The notes under the pieces were generated by a model. The model did no database searches. It was not told where the DNA came from and saw only the letters and a list, made by a program, of their open reading frames with translations. From Fibrobacteria bacterium (GTDB taxonomy: Bacteria > Fibrobacterota > Fibrobacteria > UBA11236), in the NCBI GenBank assembly GCA_043745805.1, contig JAYTSD010000039.1, positions 1 to 60,716 of the forward strand: 60,716 nucleotides of DNA, read 5' to 3'. The translations under genes and the position numbers were made by a program. This document shows positions 46,408 through 56,404 of the stretch, one piece after another (position 1 is the first letter of the stretch; each line of letters begins with the position of its first letter).

Positions 46408-47826
46408 GTGACTTTTAATTCCTACGAATTCCTGGTATTTTTTTTAGTCGTTTACGGACTATACCTTGTGCTCGCTCATCGCTGGCAAAATCGTTTACTT
46501 TTGGTAGCCTCCTATATTTTTTACGGTTGGTGGGATTGGCGGTTTCTTTTTTTGCTAGCCCTTTCTACCGGAATGGATTTTTCCCTCGGATTAATGATCG
46601 AGCGTTTTCAGAAGAACTCTCACAAAAAAAAATGCCTCGTATTCAGTATGATTCTGAATTTAACCTTCTTAGGCATTTTCAAATATTTTAATTTCTTTGC
46701 CGAAAATCTTCATAGTCTTTTTTCAACCTTTGGAATTAACCTTCCCATCCCACTACTCCATTTTATGCTGCCCGTAGGAATTTCTTTCTACACCTTTCAG
46801 TCCATGAGTTATATCATTGATGTTTATCGAGGTCATCTCAAACCCTCCCGCAAGCTTGAAGATTTCGCACTATTCGTTTCCTTCTTTCCGCAACTTGTGG
46901 CCGGCCCTATCAACCGTGCCACCGATTTGCTTCCGCGTGTGCAAAATCCAAGAACAGTTACTTGGGATGGTGTAGGTCAAGGTTGTACGCTTATCTTTTG
47001 GGGATTATTCAAAAAAATTTATATCGCGGATAATTGCGCGAAGCTTGTAACCGAAGCGTTTCACAATCCATCACTACATTCTGGGGCATCGCTTTTAGTG
47101 ACGGTTTATGCTTTTGCCTTTCAAATCTATTGCGACTTTTCAGGCTATTCCGATGTTGCTAGAGGATTAGCAAAAATGATGGGTTTTGAATTAATGATTA
47201 ATTTCAATTTGCCTTATTTCTCACTTAATCCAACCGAGTTCTGGCGTCGTTGGCATATAAGCCTTTCCACTTGGCTAAAAGATTATCTCTACATCGGATT
47301 AGGAGGCAATCGCAAAGGTGTTTTCAAAACCTATCGGAATCTTTTTATCACCATGTTCCTCGGAGGAATATGGCATGGCGCTGCGTGGAATTATGTGATT
47401 TGGGGGTCCTATCAAGGCCTTTTATTAATTGTCCATCGCTTAACACAGCCTTGGCTTGCAAAAATTCATACGCCAAATAAAATATCACTTTGGAGCTGGA
47501 CAGCTCTACGTTGGGTAGTCACATTTCATTTAATTTGCTTAGGTTGGTTATTTTTTCGATGTCATTCCCTTTCTCAAATTCAAATCTTTCTACAAAATAT
47601 TTTTTGCAATTTTTCACCCGACTCAGAAACACGACTTTGGGCAAGCAAATTATTCTCGTATATCTTTGTGTTACTTGCCGTGCAATTTTATCAGTTGGCT
47701 AAAAATGATTTAGCCTTTTATCCTCGCCTTCCACGCTTGATTCGGATAGCCTTCGTTTCGCTTGCCTTATATCTTTTGACGGCCTACGGCGCAACCTCAG
47801 AAACCTTCATTTATTTTCAATTCTGA
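46408..47826 (+). CDS. MBOAT family O-acyltransferase (AlgI/PatA-like)
   Basis: LPVGISFYTFQ, FFPQLVAGPI, DFSGYSD, FWRRWHISLSTWL and GIWHGA. Confidence 0.95.
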   Translation: MTFNSYEFLVFFLVVYGLYLVLAHRWQNRLLLVASYIFYGWWDWRFLFLLALSTGMDFSLGLMIERFQKNSHKKKCLVFSMILNLTFLGIFKYFNFFAENLHSLFSTFGINLPIPLLHFMLPVGISFYTFQSMSYIIDVYRGHLKPSRKLEDFALFVSFFPQLVAGPINRATDLLPRVQNPRTVTWDGVGQGCTLIFWGLFKKIYIADNCAKLVTEAFHNPSLHSGASLLVTVYAFAFQIYCDFSGYSDVARGLAKMMGFELMINFNLPYFSLNPTEFWRRWHISLSTWLKDYLYIGLGGNRKGVFKTYRNLFITMFLGGIWHGAAWNYVIWGSYQGLLLIVHRLTQPWLAKIHTPNKISLWSWTALRWVVTFHLICLGWLFFRCHSLSQIQIFLQNIFCNFSPDSETRLWASKLFSYIFVLLAVQFYQLAKNDLAFYPRLPRLIRIAFVSLALYLLTAYGATSETFIYFQF

Positions 47827-47827
47827 A

Positions 47828-48940
47828 ATGAAAAAATTTATTCAAAAAAAATTACTCCCACTTATTTTGTTTTCGATTTTAACACTTATCGGAATGGAAA
47901 TTTGGGCACGCCTCGATGATTGGATTCGCTGCGATGCACCATTACTGTCAGAATATTCTGAAGAAAAAATGCTCATCGTCCATGACTCCTTGGGTGTTAG
48001 AGGCAAACCAAATGGTCGATTTGAAAAGTGGAGTTTAAATTCATTAGGTTTTCGCGGACCAGAAATTAAAGCGGAAAAGTCGCCACACGTGCTTCGAATC
48101 GCTACCATGGGCGCATCGGAGACCTTTGGCATCTATGAAAGTGTAAATAAAGAATGGCCACGGCAATTAGCTGAAAATCTTAAGATTGAATTCCCCAATC
48201 AATCTATTGAAGTAGTCAATACGGCTTTGCCTGGAATGACGTTAGAAAGCGCTTTAAAATTTTATCGGAATCGAATAGCCTTTTTACGTCCTGACATTGT
48301 CCTCTTCTATGTAAACGTGCTTCCTTTTCTAGATTGGCCCAAAGCGTTAAAAACCAAGGACGTTTCAATTGTAACTAAAATCACATCCGTAAATAAAAAA
48401 TCACGTTTTAGTTTCGGTAAGCCGCGCTTAATAACAAAATTAAATCAGGCTCTCCACACACGCGGACCCAAAAAACTTGTCGATCAGTATGAAGCAAATA
48501 AGGTCATGAGACGGTATCTTGGTTTTAATCGTCATGGACAAAATCCTGAACTTGATTCCTCACAAATGAAGCAATTCAAAGCGTTGCTGCATGATTTTAT
48601 AGACACTCTGCATAGTGATGGAATCACACTAATTCTTTCAGAGCATGCCCATGCACTTTCCGTTTGGAAGGGTGATACACATCCTAAAGGCTGGCTTAAC
48701 TTATGGCAATATTATCCAGCCATATCTGAAGCAGGATTAAAAGGAAGTTATCCCCAGTTAAATTCTCTATTTAGAGAAATAGGTGCGCAAAGTGGTTGTG
48801 AAGTAGTGCATCAAGAAAATTTATTGCAAGCACCCGATAGCAATTTCGCGGCTGACGGAATACACTTCACTGACAAAGGCGCCACACTGGTTGCTGAGAA
48901 TTTCTTAAAAGTATTAAGGCCCATTTTAATGCAGCGATAG
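47828..48940 (+). CDS. SGNH/GDSL hydrolase-family protein, likely O-acetyltransferase partner
   Basis: GASETFG block I; DGIH catalytic motif; N-terminal TM. Confidence 0.8.
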   Translation: MKKFIQKKLLPLILFSILTLIGMEIWARLDDWIRCDAPLLSEYSEEKMLIVHDSLGVRGKPNGRFEKWSLNSLGFRGPEIKAEKSPHVLRIATMGASETFGIYESVNKEWPRQLAENLKIEFPNQSIEVVNTALPGMTLESALKFYRNRIAFLRPDIVLFYVNVLPFLDWPKALKTKDVSIVTKITSVNKKSRFSFGKPRLITKLNQALHTRGPKKLVDQYEANKVMRRYLGFNRHGQNPELDSSQMKQFKALLHDFIDTLHSDGITLILSEHAHALSVWKGDTHPKGWLNLWQYYPAISEAGLKGSYPQLNSLFREIGAQSGCEVVHQENLLQAPDSNFAADGIHFTDKGATLVAENFLKVLRPILMQR

Positions 48941-49089
48941 ATCGCAGGCTGCACTAAAATTTATCTCCCCTAAAAAAACCATTCTATCGCAAGACAAGCA
49001 GGTGGATGAATACCTGCCGGCTAGAATCATGCCTGTTGTAATTAATAGAAAATTACTCAACCAATACTCACATTTCGCTTAACTTTTCC

Positions 49090-49118
49090 TTGACATAAGT
49101 AATAACTGTAATTACTCT
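49090..49118 (+). promoter_or_regulatory. Sigma-70 promoter with overlapping operator for the mazEF operon
   Basis: TTGACA, 17 bp, TACTCT; inverted repeat AGTAAT...ATTACT inside. Confidence 0.6.
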
Positions 49119-49140
49119 TTTATTGTAAAGAGGGGTAAAT

Positions 49141-49380
49141 ATGGAAGCTAAGCTTATTGAAATTGGGAATTCAAAAGGATTGAGGCTGTCTAAAAAGCTG
49201 ATTCAAAAATATCATCTTGTGAATCGAATTGAAATTGAAGAACAGGCTTATGGTATTTTACTCAAGCCTGTAAATACAAAAGATTCGAAATTATCATGGG
49301 AAGATACCTTCAAAGAAATAAAAAATAAACACGAAGATTGGTCGGATTTCGATGTTTCCATTTCGGATGGTATTGAATGA
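49141..49380 (+). CDS. AbrB/MazE family antitoxin
   Basis: IGNSKGLRL; C-terminal SWEDTF..DWSDFD...DG. Confidence 0.9.
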   Translation: MEAKLIEIGNSKGLRLSKKLIQKYHLVNRIEIEEQAYGILLKPVNTKDSKLSWEDTFKEIKNKHEDWSDFDVSISDGIE

Positions 49381-49709
49381 ACCTGAAGATCGAGCGGTAC
49401 GGAATCTATTTTGCTGACCTTAATCCTACTCTAGGTTCTGAAATCAATAAAATTCGACCAGTAGTTATCATAAGTCAAGAGGAGATGAATAAGTATTCAG
49501 ATACCATTGTGGTCTGCCCTTTGACAACTAAGATTCACAAAAAGTGGCGTAGTAGAATTCAATTTGTTTGCAAAGGTAAGCCGGCTGAAATTGCCGTTGA
49601 TCAAATTCGAACGATAAGCAAAATTCGAATTACAAAACAAATTGATAAGTTGGACAATAGCTTGGCCTTCCAACTCAGAAATTTAATTGTTGAAATGTAT
49701 GGAGAGTAA
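49377..49709 (+). CDS. PemK/MazF family toxin
   Basis: LNPTLGSEINKIRPVVIIS, PLTT and DQIRTISK; ATGA overlap with the antitoxin. Confidence 0.95.
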   Translation: MNLKIERYGIYFADLNPTLGSEINKIRPVVIISQEEMNKYSDTIVVCPLTTKIHKKWRSRIQFVCKGKPAEIAVDQIRTISKIRITKQIDKLDNSLAFQLRNLIVEMYGE

Positions 49710-49751
49710 TAATTAATAATAATATTGAAGGGAAAGCAAGTAACACCTCCC

Positions 49752-50783
49752 CTAAAACAAATATGGCACAAACTGAAATTGTCGGCTCAATAGTAACCTT
49801 GAATTATCCCAATCATTCATCCCCACCAAAGCAAATTTAAAATCCCCATAACTGGCAAAAATACCCAGTCTTGCATTATTGGTAAAATGCCATTTTAAAA
49901 AACCATCCTCGCGGCTCGCAATAGCCAAGCCTGCGGTGCAATAAGCCGGCTTAAGCATACGCTGCCATACCGATTCTTCGCCCCATCCTTGGGCATAGAT
50001 GTAGTAGCGTAAACCAAATTCCAAAGTAGATACCAAGGTAGGCGTAGAAGTGAAGTCGGAACTCCCAGTAGCGAAAGCAGCCAAGTAGCCGGTATTATAA
50101 GCCGTAATTAATTCCCAATGTCCAGGACCATTTTCATTCGCCCCAAAACCTGGAATATACGGTAACACCAAAAAGTTTAAGCCCGCCTCCAAAAGATTTA
50201 AGCGCGCGGACCCAGGCCCATATTTCACTCTATAGCGTTCGAGCTTTTCCATATTTTTTTGCTTCGCATTTTCCAATTGCAGATATTGCAGATCCGCCAA
50301 GGGTTGTAAAAGTTTATGCGTCGCCGCAGAGTCCTTCATCTCGGCATAAAGCTTGGTTCTATTCAAGGCAAAGTTTCCTATCCCTTTGCAAATATTCAAA
50401 GCCTCCTGCATCGAAGGCGAATTCCAATCTTTAAATACCATGGGCTTGGCTAAAGCATTAGGATCAAGGCGACTTACCGTATGCCAATGAAATCGATCGG
50501 TAGAATCAGTTTCGGCTTTAAGTCCAGCATAGACTATTTGCAAAGTGTCTAAACTCGCTGTTAACTTTGGTGCTACGATGGGTTGGGTTTCGTCCAATTT
50601 CAAAATGATTTTTATTTGCTGCATAGAGTGAATCAAATTATTCAATAGCACAATATCCGATGGTGGTGCGTAGGTATTTTCTTCTGCCTGCACCGTCCAT
50701 GCAGCGATACAAATCGCTATCCCAAAAACAAAATGGCGCATAGCAAAAAAGCCATTGGGTTTAGATTTTGGTAACTTAAACAT
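49752..50783 (-). CDS. Hypothetical secreted or outer-membrane protein
   Basis: Signal peptide (..VQA-E), helical N-half and beta-rich C-half ending in F. Confidence 0.55.
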   Translation of the reverse strand: MFKLPKSKPNGFFAMRHFVFGIAICIAAWTVQAEENTYAPPSDIVLLNNLIHSMQQIKIILKLDETQPIVAPKLTASLDTLQIVYAGLKAETDSTDRFHWHTVSRLDPNALAKPMVFKDWNSPSMQEALNICKGIGNFALNRTKLYAEMKDSAATHKLLQPLADLQYLQLENAKQKNMEKLERYRVKYGPGSARLNLLEAGLNFLVLPYIPGFGANENGPGHWELITAYNTGYLAAFATGSSDFTSTPTLVSTLEFGLRYYIYAQGWGEESVWQRMLKPAYCTAGLAIASREDGFLKWHFTNNARLGIFASYGDFKFALVGMNDWDNSRLLLSRQFQFVPYLF

Positions 50784-51762
50784 GACCGGCTCCTAATAAA
50801 CAAGTTTTTAATAAATCGGAATGTCCTTCAATATATTTGGCCCAAGAATGCGGATCCCGTAAAGGCGCATTTAAACTTTTCTGTGCCACACTTTCCGCTA
50901 ATATATCCAACCACTCCTTTACCGTTTTAGGATCTAACCACAATTGCTTATCAATATTCGATTGCTGTCCAGTAAAAGGATTTACTGCACCCACCTGCAT
51001 ATAAGCCCAATCCATTTTTTCCCGGAAAAAATATCCTCCTACTGGATCCAATTCACCGGTAATAGAAATCCAATTTTTGACATTATAAACTTTGCCATAT
51101 AAAGGACTGTCTTCATAAGGTGCGCTCAAATGATCGCCTTGCATACAAGCTAAGCCATTAGGAATTAAAGCGGAAAGCTTTTGTGCCACCGAACGAATCA
51201 TTTGCGTGGGAGAGGCCATAAAGATCACGTTCTCAATGACTACTCCATCTGTAGCTGGCTGCAATTTATCTTTTGTAGACTTTGCTATACGATGTAGTAT
51301 TTCATAAGTGTGAAGGCATCCTAAGCTATGACAGATTATAGTGATCTTTTGATCGGGTGGCTGAATGCCCGCTTTAATTCCATCTTGTACCATTTGTTGC
51401 AATTGCAAGGTGTACCAAGTTTGTATTATTTCGCGTGCATCTTTCACAAAAATTGGCCATAGCACATCCATGCCATACTCCGAAATCGCTTGACCTAAAT
51501 TTTCAGCAATGCCTGCGCCCAAAAAAGAAGTTTTAAGCGCTTGAGTTAAAGCACTTGCTATCTGTGCTTTTTGTGCGAACCAATCATTGAAGGAATCGTA
51601 AGACAATGCATAGTAAGCCAGCTTACCTGCCTCTAAACCTAGCGTTTGTTGCATCTGCAGTAACATGCTCTGATAATCTTTGGGTACCGAATTACCTATG
51701 CCATGCACAAATAAAACGGCACGATTACTCTTCCATTTTTGTGACATTGGAATAAAACTCAT
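50776..51762 (-). CDS. Alpha/beta hydrolase-fold protein
   Basis: FVHGIG, ICHSLG nucleophile elbow, DPVG and DPHSW; start probably ATG 51762. Confidence 0.75.
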   Translation of the reverse strand: MSFIPMSQKWKSNRAVLFVHGIGNSVPKDYQSMLLQMQQTLGLEAGKLAYYALSYDSFNDWFAQKAQIASALTQALKTSFLGAGIAENLGQAISEYGMDVLWPIFVKDAREIIQTWYTLQLQQMVQDGIKAGIQPPDQKITIICHSLGCLHTYEILHRIAKSTKDKLQPATDGVVIENVIFMASPTQMIRSVAQKLSALIPNGLACMQGDHLSAPYEDSPLYGKVYNVKNWISITGELDPVGGYFFREKMDWAYMQVGAVNPFTGQQSNIDKQLWLDPKTVKEWLDILAESVAQKSLNAPLRDPHSWAKYIEGHSDLLKTCLLGAGHV

Positions 51763-52134
51763 GAGAACCCCTACTAATATTGTGGGGGAAAAGGCTAGTT
51801 TAGTTTTTTGAAGGTGGCAAGGATTATGCAAAGCATGCTGTTGAGATTGAATTAATCCTACAACGCTTTTGCGCAAAGGCAAATATTGCTGTGTAAAATG
51901 ACGCTTTGTAACAGGGTGAAAATTTAATGGGAGGGGGTAAAAAAGCGTTCCGTTGCGCGGGTACTTATGTATATATTAAACCACCCAACTCCTTATCATT
52001 GCAAGATATACATTGATATTATTATGGTTAAATATTAGTCAAAAATCTAAAAACCCAAATTAATCTCATCTAAAAGTTAAAGTAAACAAATTATTTTCTT
52101 CGAAATAATCCTTTGGGAAAAAACCACCATTTTT

Positions 52135-53067
52135 TCAGGTCTTTTTTTCGGTACCTACAACTTTGTCCGTTACTTTGGCTACACGGGGCTTAAAGCATAA
52201 TCCCAGTAAAGCTGGGCATAGCAAATTAATAATGAAAAGCATAAAGGTGGCCGCTACCGCTAGAGCCGGCGTAATCCCATGCGAACTAAAAATATACGCT
52301 GCCGAGATATAAGCCGCCGACCATTCACGCATTCCCAACCCGGCAAAGGTAATTTGCACGGAATTGCCTAAAGTCACTAAAGCAATTAATCCCGTCAGTA
52401 ACCATGGTGATACAGTAATTTTGGCAACACTATGAATCAATAAATAAAACTGTGTCCATTCCACAGCATAGGCGAAAAAACCAACACCAATTGCACTCAA
52501 ACAAAGTTTTTGGGGGATATGCAAAGGCTTGGGTAAAGTATTTCTTAATAAACGCCCTAACCTATCTAATCCCCATAAAGTAGGGAAATAGCCCATTAAG
52601 GTATGCGCCCACTTCAACCAAAGCCCGATGGGATAAAAAACCAAAAACATCCATAGCCCGGCACTTGCACCTTTCAATCCGGCAATAGTATAAAAACCTC
52701 CAATGGACCATAATACCACAGCCAAAAAATCCGTCCAATTATCAAGCATAACCAAACCCGCCGCTTCGAGTTTATGCAAAGATTTTTGCGGGAAATATAA
52801 ACAGCGCGAAAATTCACCGAGCTTACCCGGTGTGACCAAACTTAAAGGAATCGCCCCGAGGTAACTGCTAAGGGACTGGCTATAAGTTACTGTCGGTTCT
52901 ACGGGTTTAACAAAAAGCATCCATTTATAAGCACGCAAACCCACATTCAAGGGCAACAAAGCCAAGGCTAAAAGTAAATAAGTGCTATTAAAATGAAATT
53001 GAGCTAAATTTTTAGCCGGTTGAGAATAAGCATAATACCCTAAGGCTACCAATAACGCTAGCGTCAA
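52135..53067 (-). CDS. Lysylphosphatidylglycerol synthase TM / flippase-like protein
   Basis: TPGKLGEFSR and GLGMRE; multiple TM helices. Confidence 0.8.
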   Translation of the reverse strand: MTLALLVALGYYAYSQPAKNLAQFHFNSTYLLLALALLPLNVGLRAYKWMLFVKPVEPTVTYSQSLSSYLGAIPLSLVTPGKLGEFSRCLYFPQKSLHKLEAAGLVMLDNWTDFLAVVLWSIGGFYTIAGLKGASAGLWMFLVFYPIGLWLKWAHTLMGYFPTLWGLDRLGRLLRNTLPKPLHIPQKLCLSAIGVGFFAYAVEWTQFYLLIHSVAKITVSPWLLTGLIALVTLGNSVQITFAGLGMREWSAAYISAAYIFSSHGITPALAVAATFMLFIINLLCPALLGLCFKPRVAKVTDKVVGTEKKT

Positions 53068-53099
53068 TAGGGCGCGTAAGCGAAAAAGTAGTTTAGGGC

Positions 53100-54296
<1,197 letters not shown>

Positions 54297-54358
54297 TTAG
54301 CGGGATGAAAGTTTTTAGTTTTTAAGTATGCAGAATGCGCTGATAAAGGAATTTATGG

Positions 54359-54386
54359 GGAACTTTTTCTCATTTATCCGGTCTAA
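54359..54386 (+). promoter_or_regulatory. ECF sigma promoter (autoregulatory)
   Basis: GGAACT-N16-GTCTAA. Confidence 0.7.
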
Positions 54387-54989
54387 ATGTTGAATGAAGA
54401 AGACACCGATTCCGAAGACCAAGAATGGATATTGGCATTTCAATCCAGTACGAAAGTTGGAGAAGCGGGATTTAATCGTCTGGTACTCAAACACAAAGAT
54501 CGCATATTTGGTTTATGTATGCGACTGCTCGGTGACCGTGATGAAGCTGATGATGCGGCCCAGGTTACCTTTGTGAAAGTTTATCATAGCTTAAAAGATT
54601 TTCGCGGTGACGCCAAATTCTCAACCTGGGTTTATCGTATTGCGGTAAATACTTGCAAAAATCGCATGGAGTCCAAAGCCTATAAAGAATCAAAACATCA
54701 ACAAAATTTTGAGGCCTTAGAAAATATCGAATCCTCCACAAACTCTCCTATACCCTCGTCATCACCTTCTCCTGCACAAATGCTGGAAAGCAAGGGAAGA
54801 CAACAATGCATTGAAGCCGCAGTGAATAAACTTTCGGAAGAACAAAAAATACTTGTGATATTGCGTGACATGGAAGGGCGATCCTATGAGGAAATAGTCG
54901 AACTCACGGGATTAAATTTAGGCACGCTCAAGTCTCGTTTAAATCGTGGACGTGCGCAATTGCAGGAATGGCTGCGGGAATTATGGTGA
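54387..54989 (+). CDS. ECF RNA polymerase sigma factor
   Basis: DAAQVTF, FSTWVYRIAVN, SYEEI and GTLKSRLNRGR. Confidence 0.95.
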   Translation: MLNEEDTDSEDQEWILAFQSSTKVGEAGFNRLVLKHKDRIFGLCMRLLGDRDEADDAAQVTFVKVYHSLKDFRGDAKFSTWVYRIAVNTCKNRMESKAYKESKHQQNFEALENIESSTNSPIPSSSPSPAQMLESKGRQQCIEAAVNKLSEEQKILVILRDMEGRSYEEIVELTGLNLGTLKSRLNRGRAQLQEWLRELW

Positions 54990-54995
54990 ATAAAT

Positions 54996-56225
54996 ATGCT
55001 TGAACATTTAACTAGCGAAATATTATGTGATTATGCCGAAGGTCTTTTAGAGACTGTAGCAAAGGCTACAGTAGAATCTCATTTACAATATTGTACTACT
55101 TGCCAGCGCGAACTTAAAATTGTGCAAGGTTATTTTCAGGAAGTCTCCAGCTTGTCATTCGAAAAAGCTCCCGCCGATTTTTTAAATAAAATTCATTCGA
55201 GGATTCATCCAATGTTTTCCTGGCGGCATTTTTGGCGCTTAGAAGGTTTAAATAATCTTGGGCAAAAAATTATTGCTCCGTGGAAACTATCCCCACAGTT
55301 CGCGGGCGTTTTTGTTTTATGTTTAGCAGGAATTTTGGTATACACTCTGCGCAATAATTTACCCCCTGAAAATATTACCTCGGATCAATTAAAATCGATC
55401 CCAAGTATTTCCGAGACTTCTGCTCCTGTCACTTTATCTGCGCCCATGACGCCGACTGCACCAGTATCGCCAGCTCGTACCGCTAAGGAGTCCGAGAAAC
55501 GGTCTTTACCTACAACTTCAAACTTAGAAGTCGCACAACCTTTGGAAAAATCCTCAGAACTCGCAAACAGCATTCCCGAAGTCAAGGCAAACAAACCCAT
55601 TGCGGTACCTTCACCCCCTGCAATGAAAGAGGAAACACCTAAGTTACTAGCCGCAGAGCCATCAAACAAAGCCGAAGATAAATTAGCTCGACAGAATGAA
55701 TTGGAAAAAGATGCAGCTCCAGTTGGGCGTATGAATAGTATTCCTTCGGCAATTGGAGCAAGTGGACTTGCTTCGCGCGGTGCAACCTCCGAATCCATGG
55801 CAGATAGAAAAGAAGAGGCGGAGGAAAATTATGCCCCCAAAGCGGAGTTAGCCCAAGTGAGTAAGGCAAAAAAAGTTACAAGCAGATCTATAGGACACAA
55901 AGCAGATGATAGGCAAATAAATTCAGTTTATGAAATTGTGCTAAACTTGAAAAATAAAACCCAGATGTATGCTTTAGAAAAAGCCCTAATTTCCTTGGGA
56001 AATTTTAATCGCATTGACGAAGCAGAGTATGCAGATAAAGATCAAATAGCTGCAAATGAAAAAGAAGAATCTTTAATTTGGACCATGAAAATACCATCTA
56101 CAAAAGGAAATGAATTCAAAAATTTACTGCATGCTTATGGTAAGGATATTGATCTAAAAAACTGTATAAAGTCTGAAAATTCCAATAATTTGATTTTCCG
56201 TTTAAGTGTAATTACCCCGAAATAA
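54996..56225 (+). CDS. Zinc-binding anti-sigma factor (zf-HC2) with TM and low-complexity periplasmic part
   Basis: HLQYCTTC (HxxxCxxC); one TM; Pro/Ala/Glu-rich linker. Confidence 0.85.
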   Translation: MLEHLTSEILCDYAEGLLETVAKATVESHLQYCTTCQRELKIVQGYFQEVSSLSFEKAPADFLNKIHSRIHPMFSWRHFWRLEGLNNLGQKIIAPWKLSPQFAGVFVLCLAGILVYTLRNNLPPENITSDQLKSIPSISETSAPVTLSAPMTPTAPVSPARTAKESEKRSLPTTSNLEVAQPLEKSSELANSIPEVKANKPIAVPSPPAMKEETPKLLAAEPSNKAEDKLARQNELEKDAAPVGRMNSIPSAIGASGLASRGATSESMADRKEEAEENYAPKAELAQVSKAKKVTSRSIGHKADDRQINSVYEIVLNLKNKTQMYALEKALISLGNFNRIDEAEYADKDQIAANEKEESLIWTMKIPSTKGNEFKNLLHAYGKDIDLKNCIKSENSNNLIFRLSVITPK

Positions 56226-56318
56226 TCCCCAAGCATCCCAAACAGACTTCCCTTTTTACGTATTTACCCAGCTAATTTAATCCTCCCAAACTTTTTTCAA
56301 AAAATCATTCCTAAAACG

Positions 56319-56346
56319 GGAACTTTTTGCTTTTCGCTTTGTCCAA
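56319..56346 (+). promoter_or_regulatory. ECF sigma promoter for the vWA gene
   Basis: GGAACT-N16-GTCCAA, matching 54359-54386. Confidence 0.7.
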
Positions 56347-56404
56347 GAGACAGAGCCAAGGGACAAAACCATCCTTATGGCCAAACCCTAAAGGAGACTG
56401 TTTT

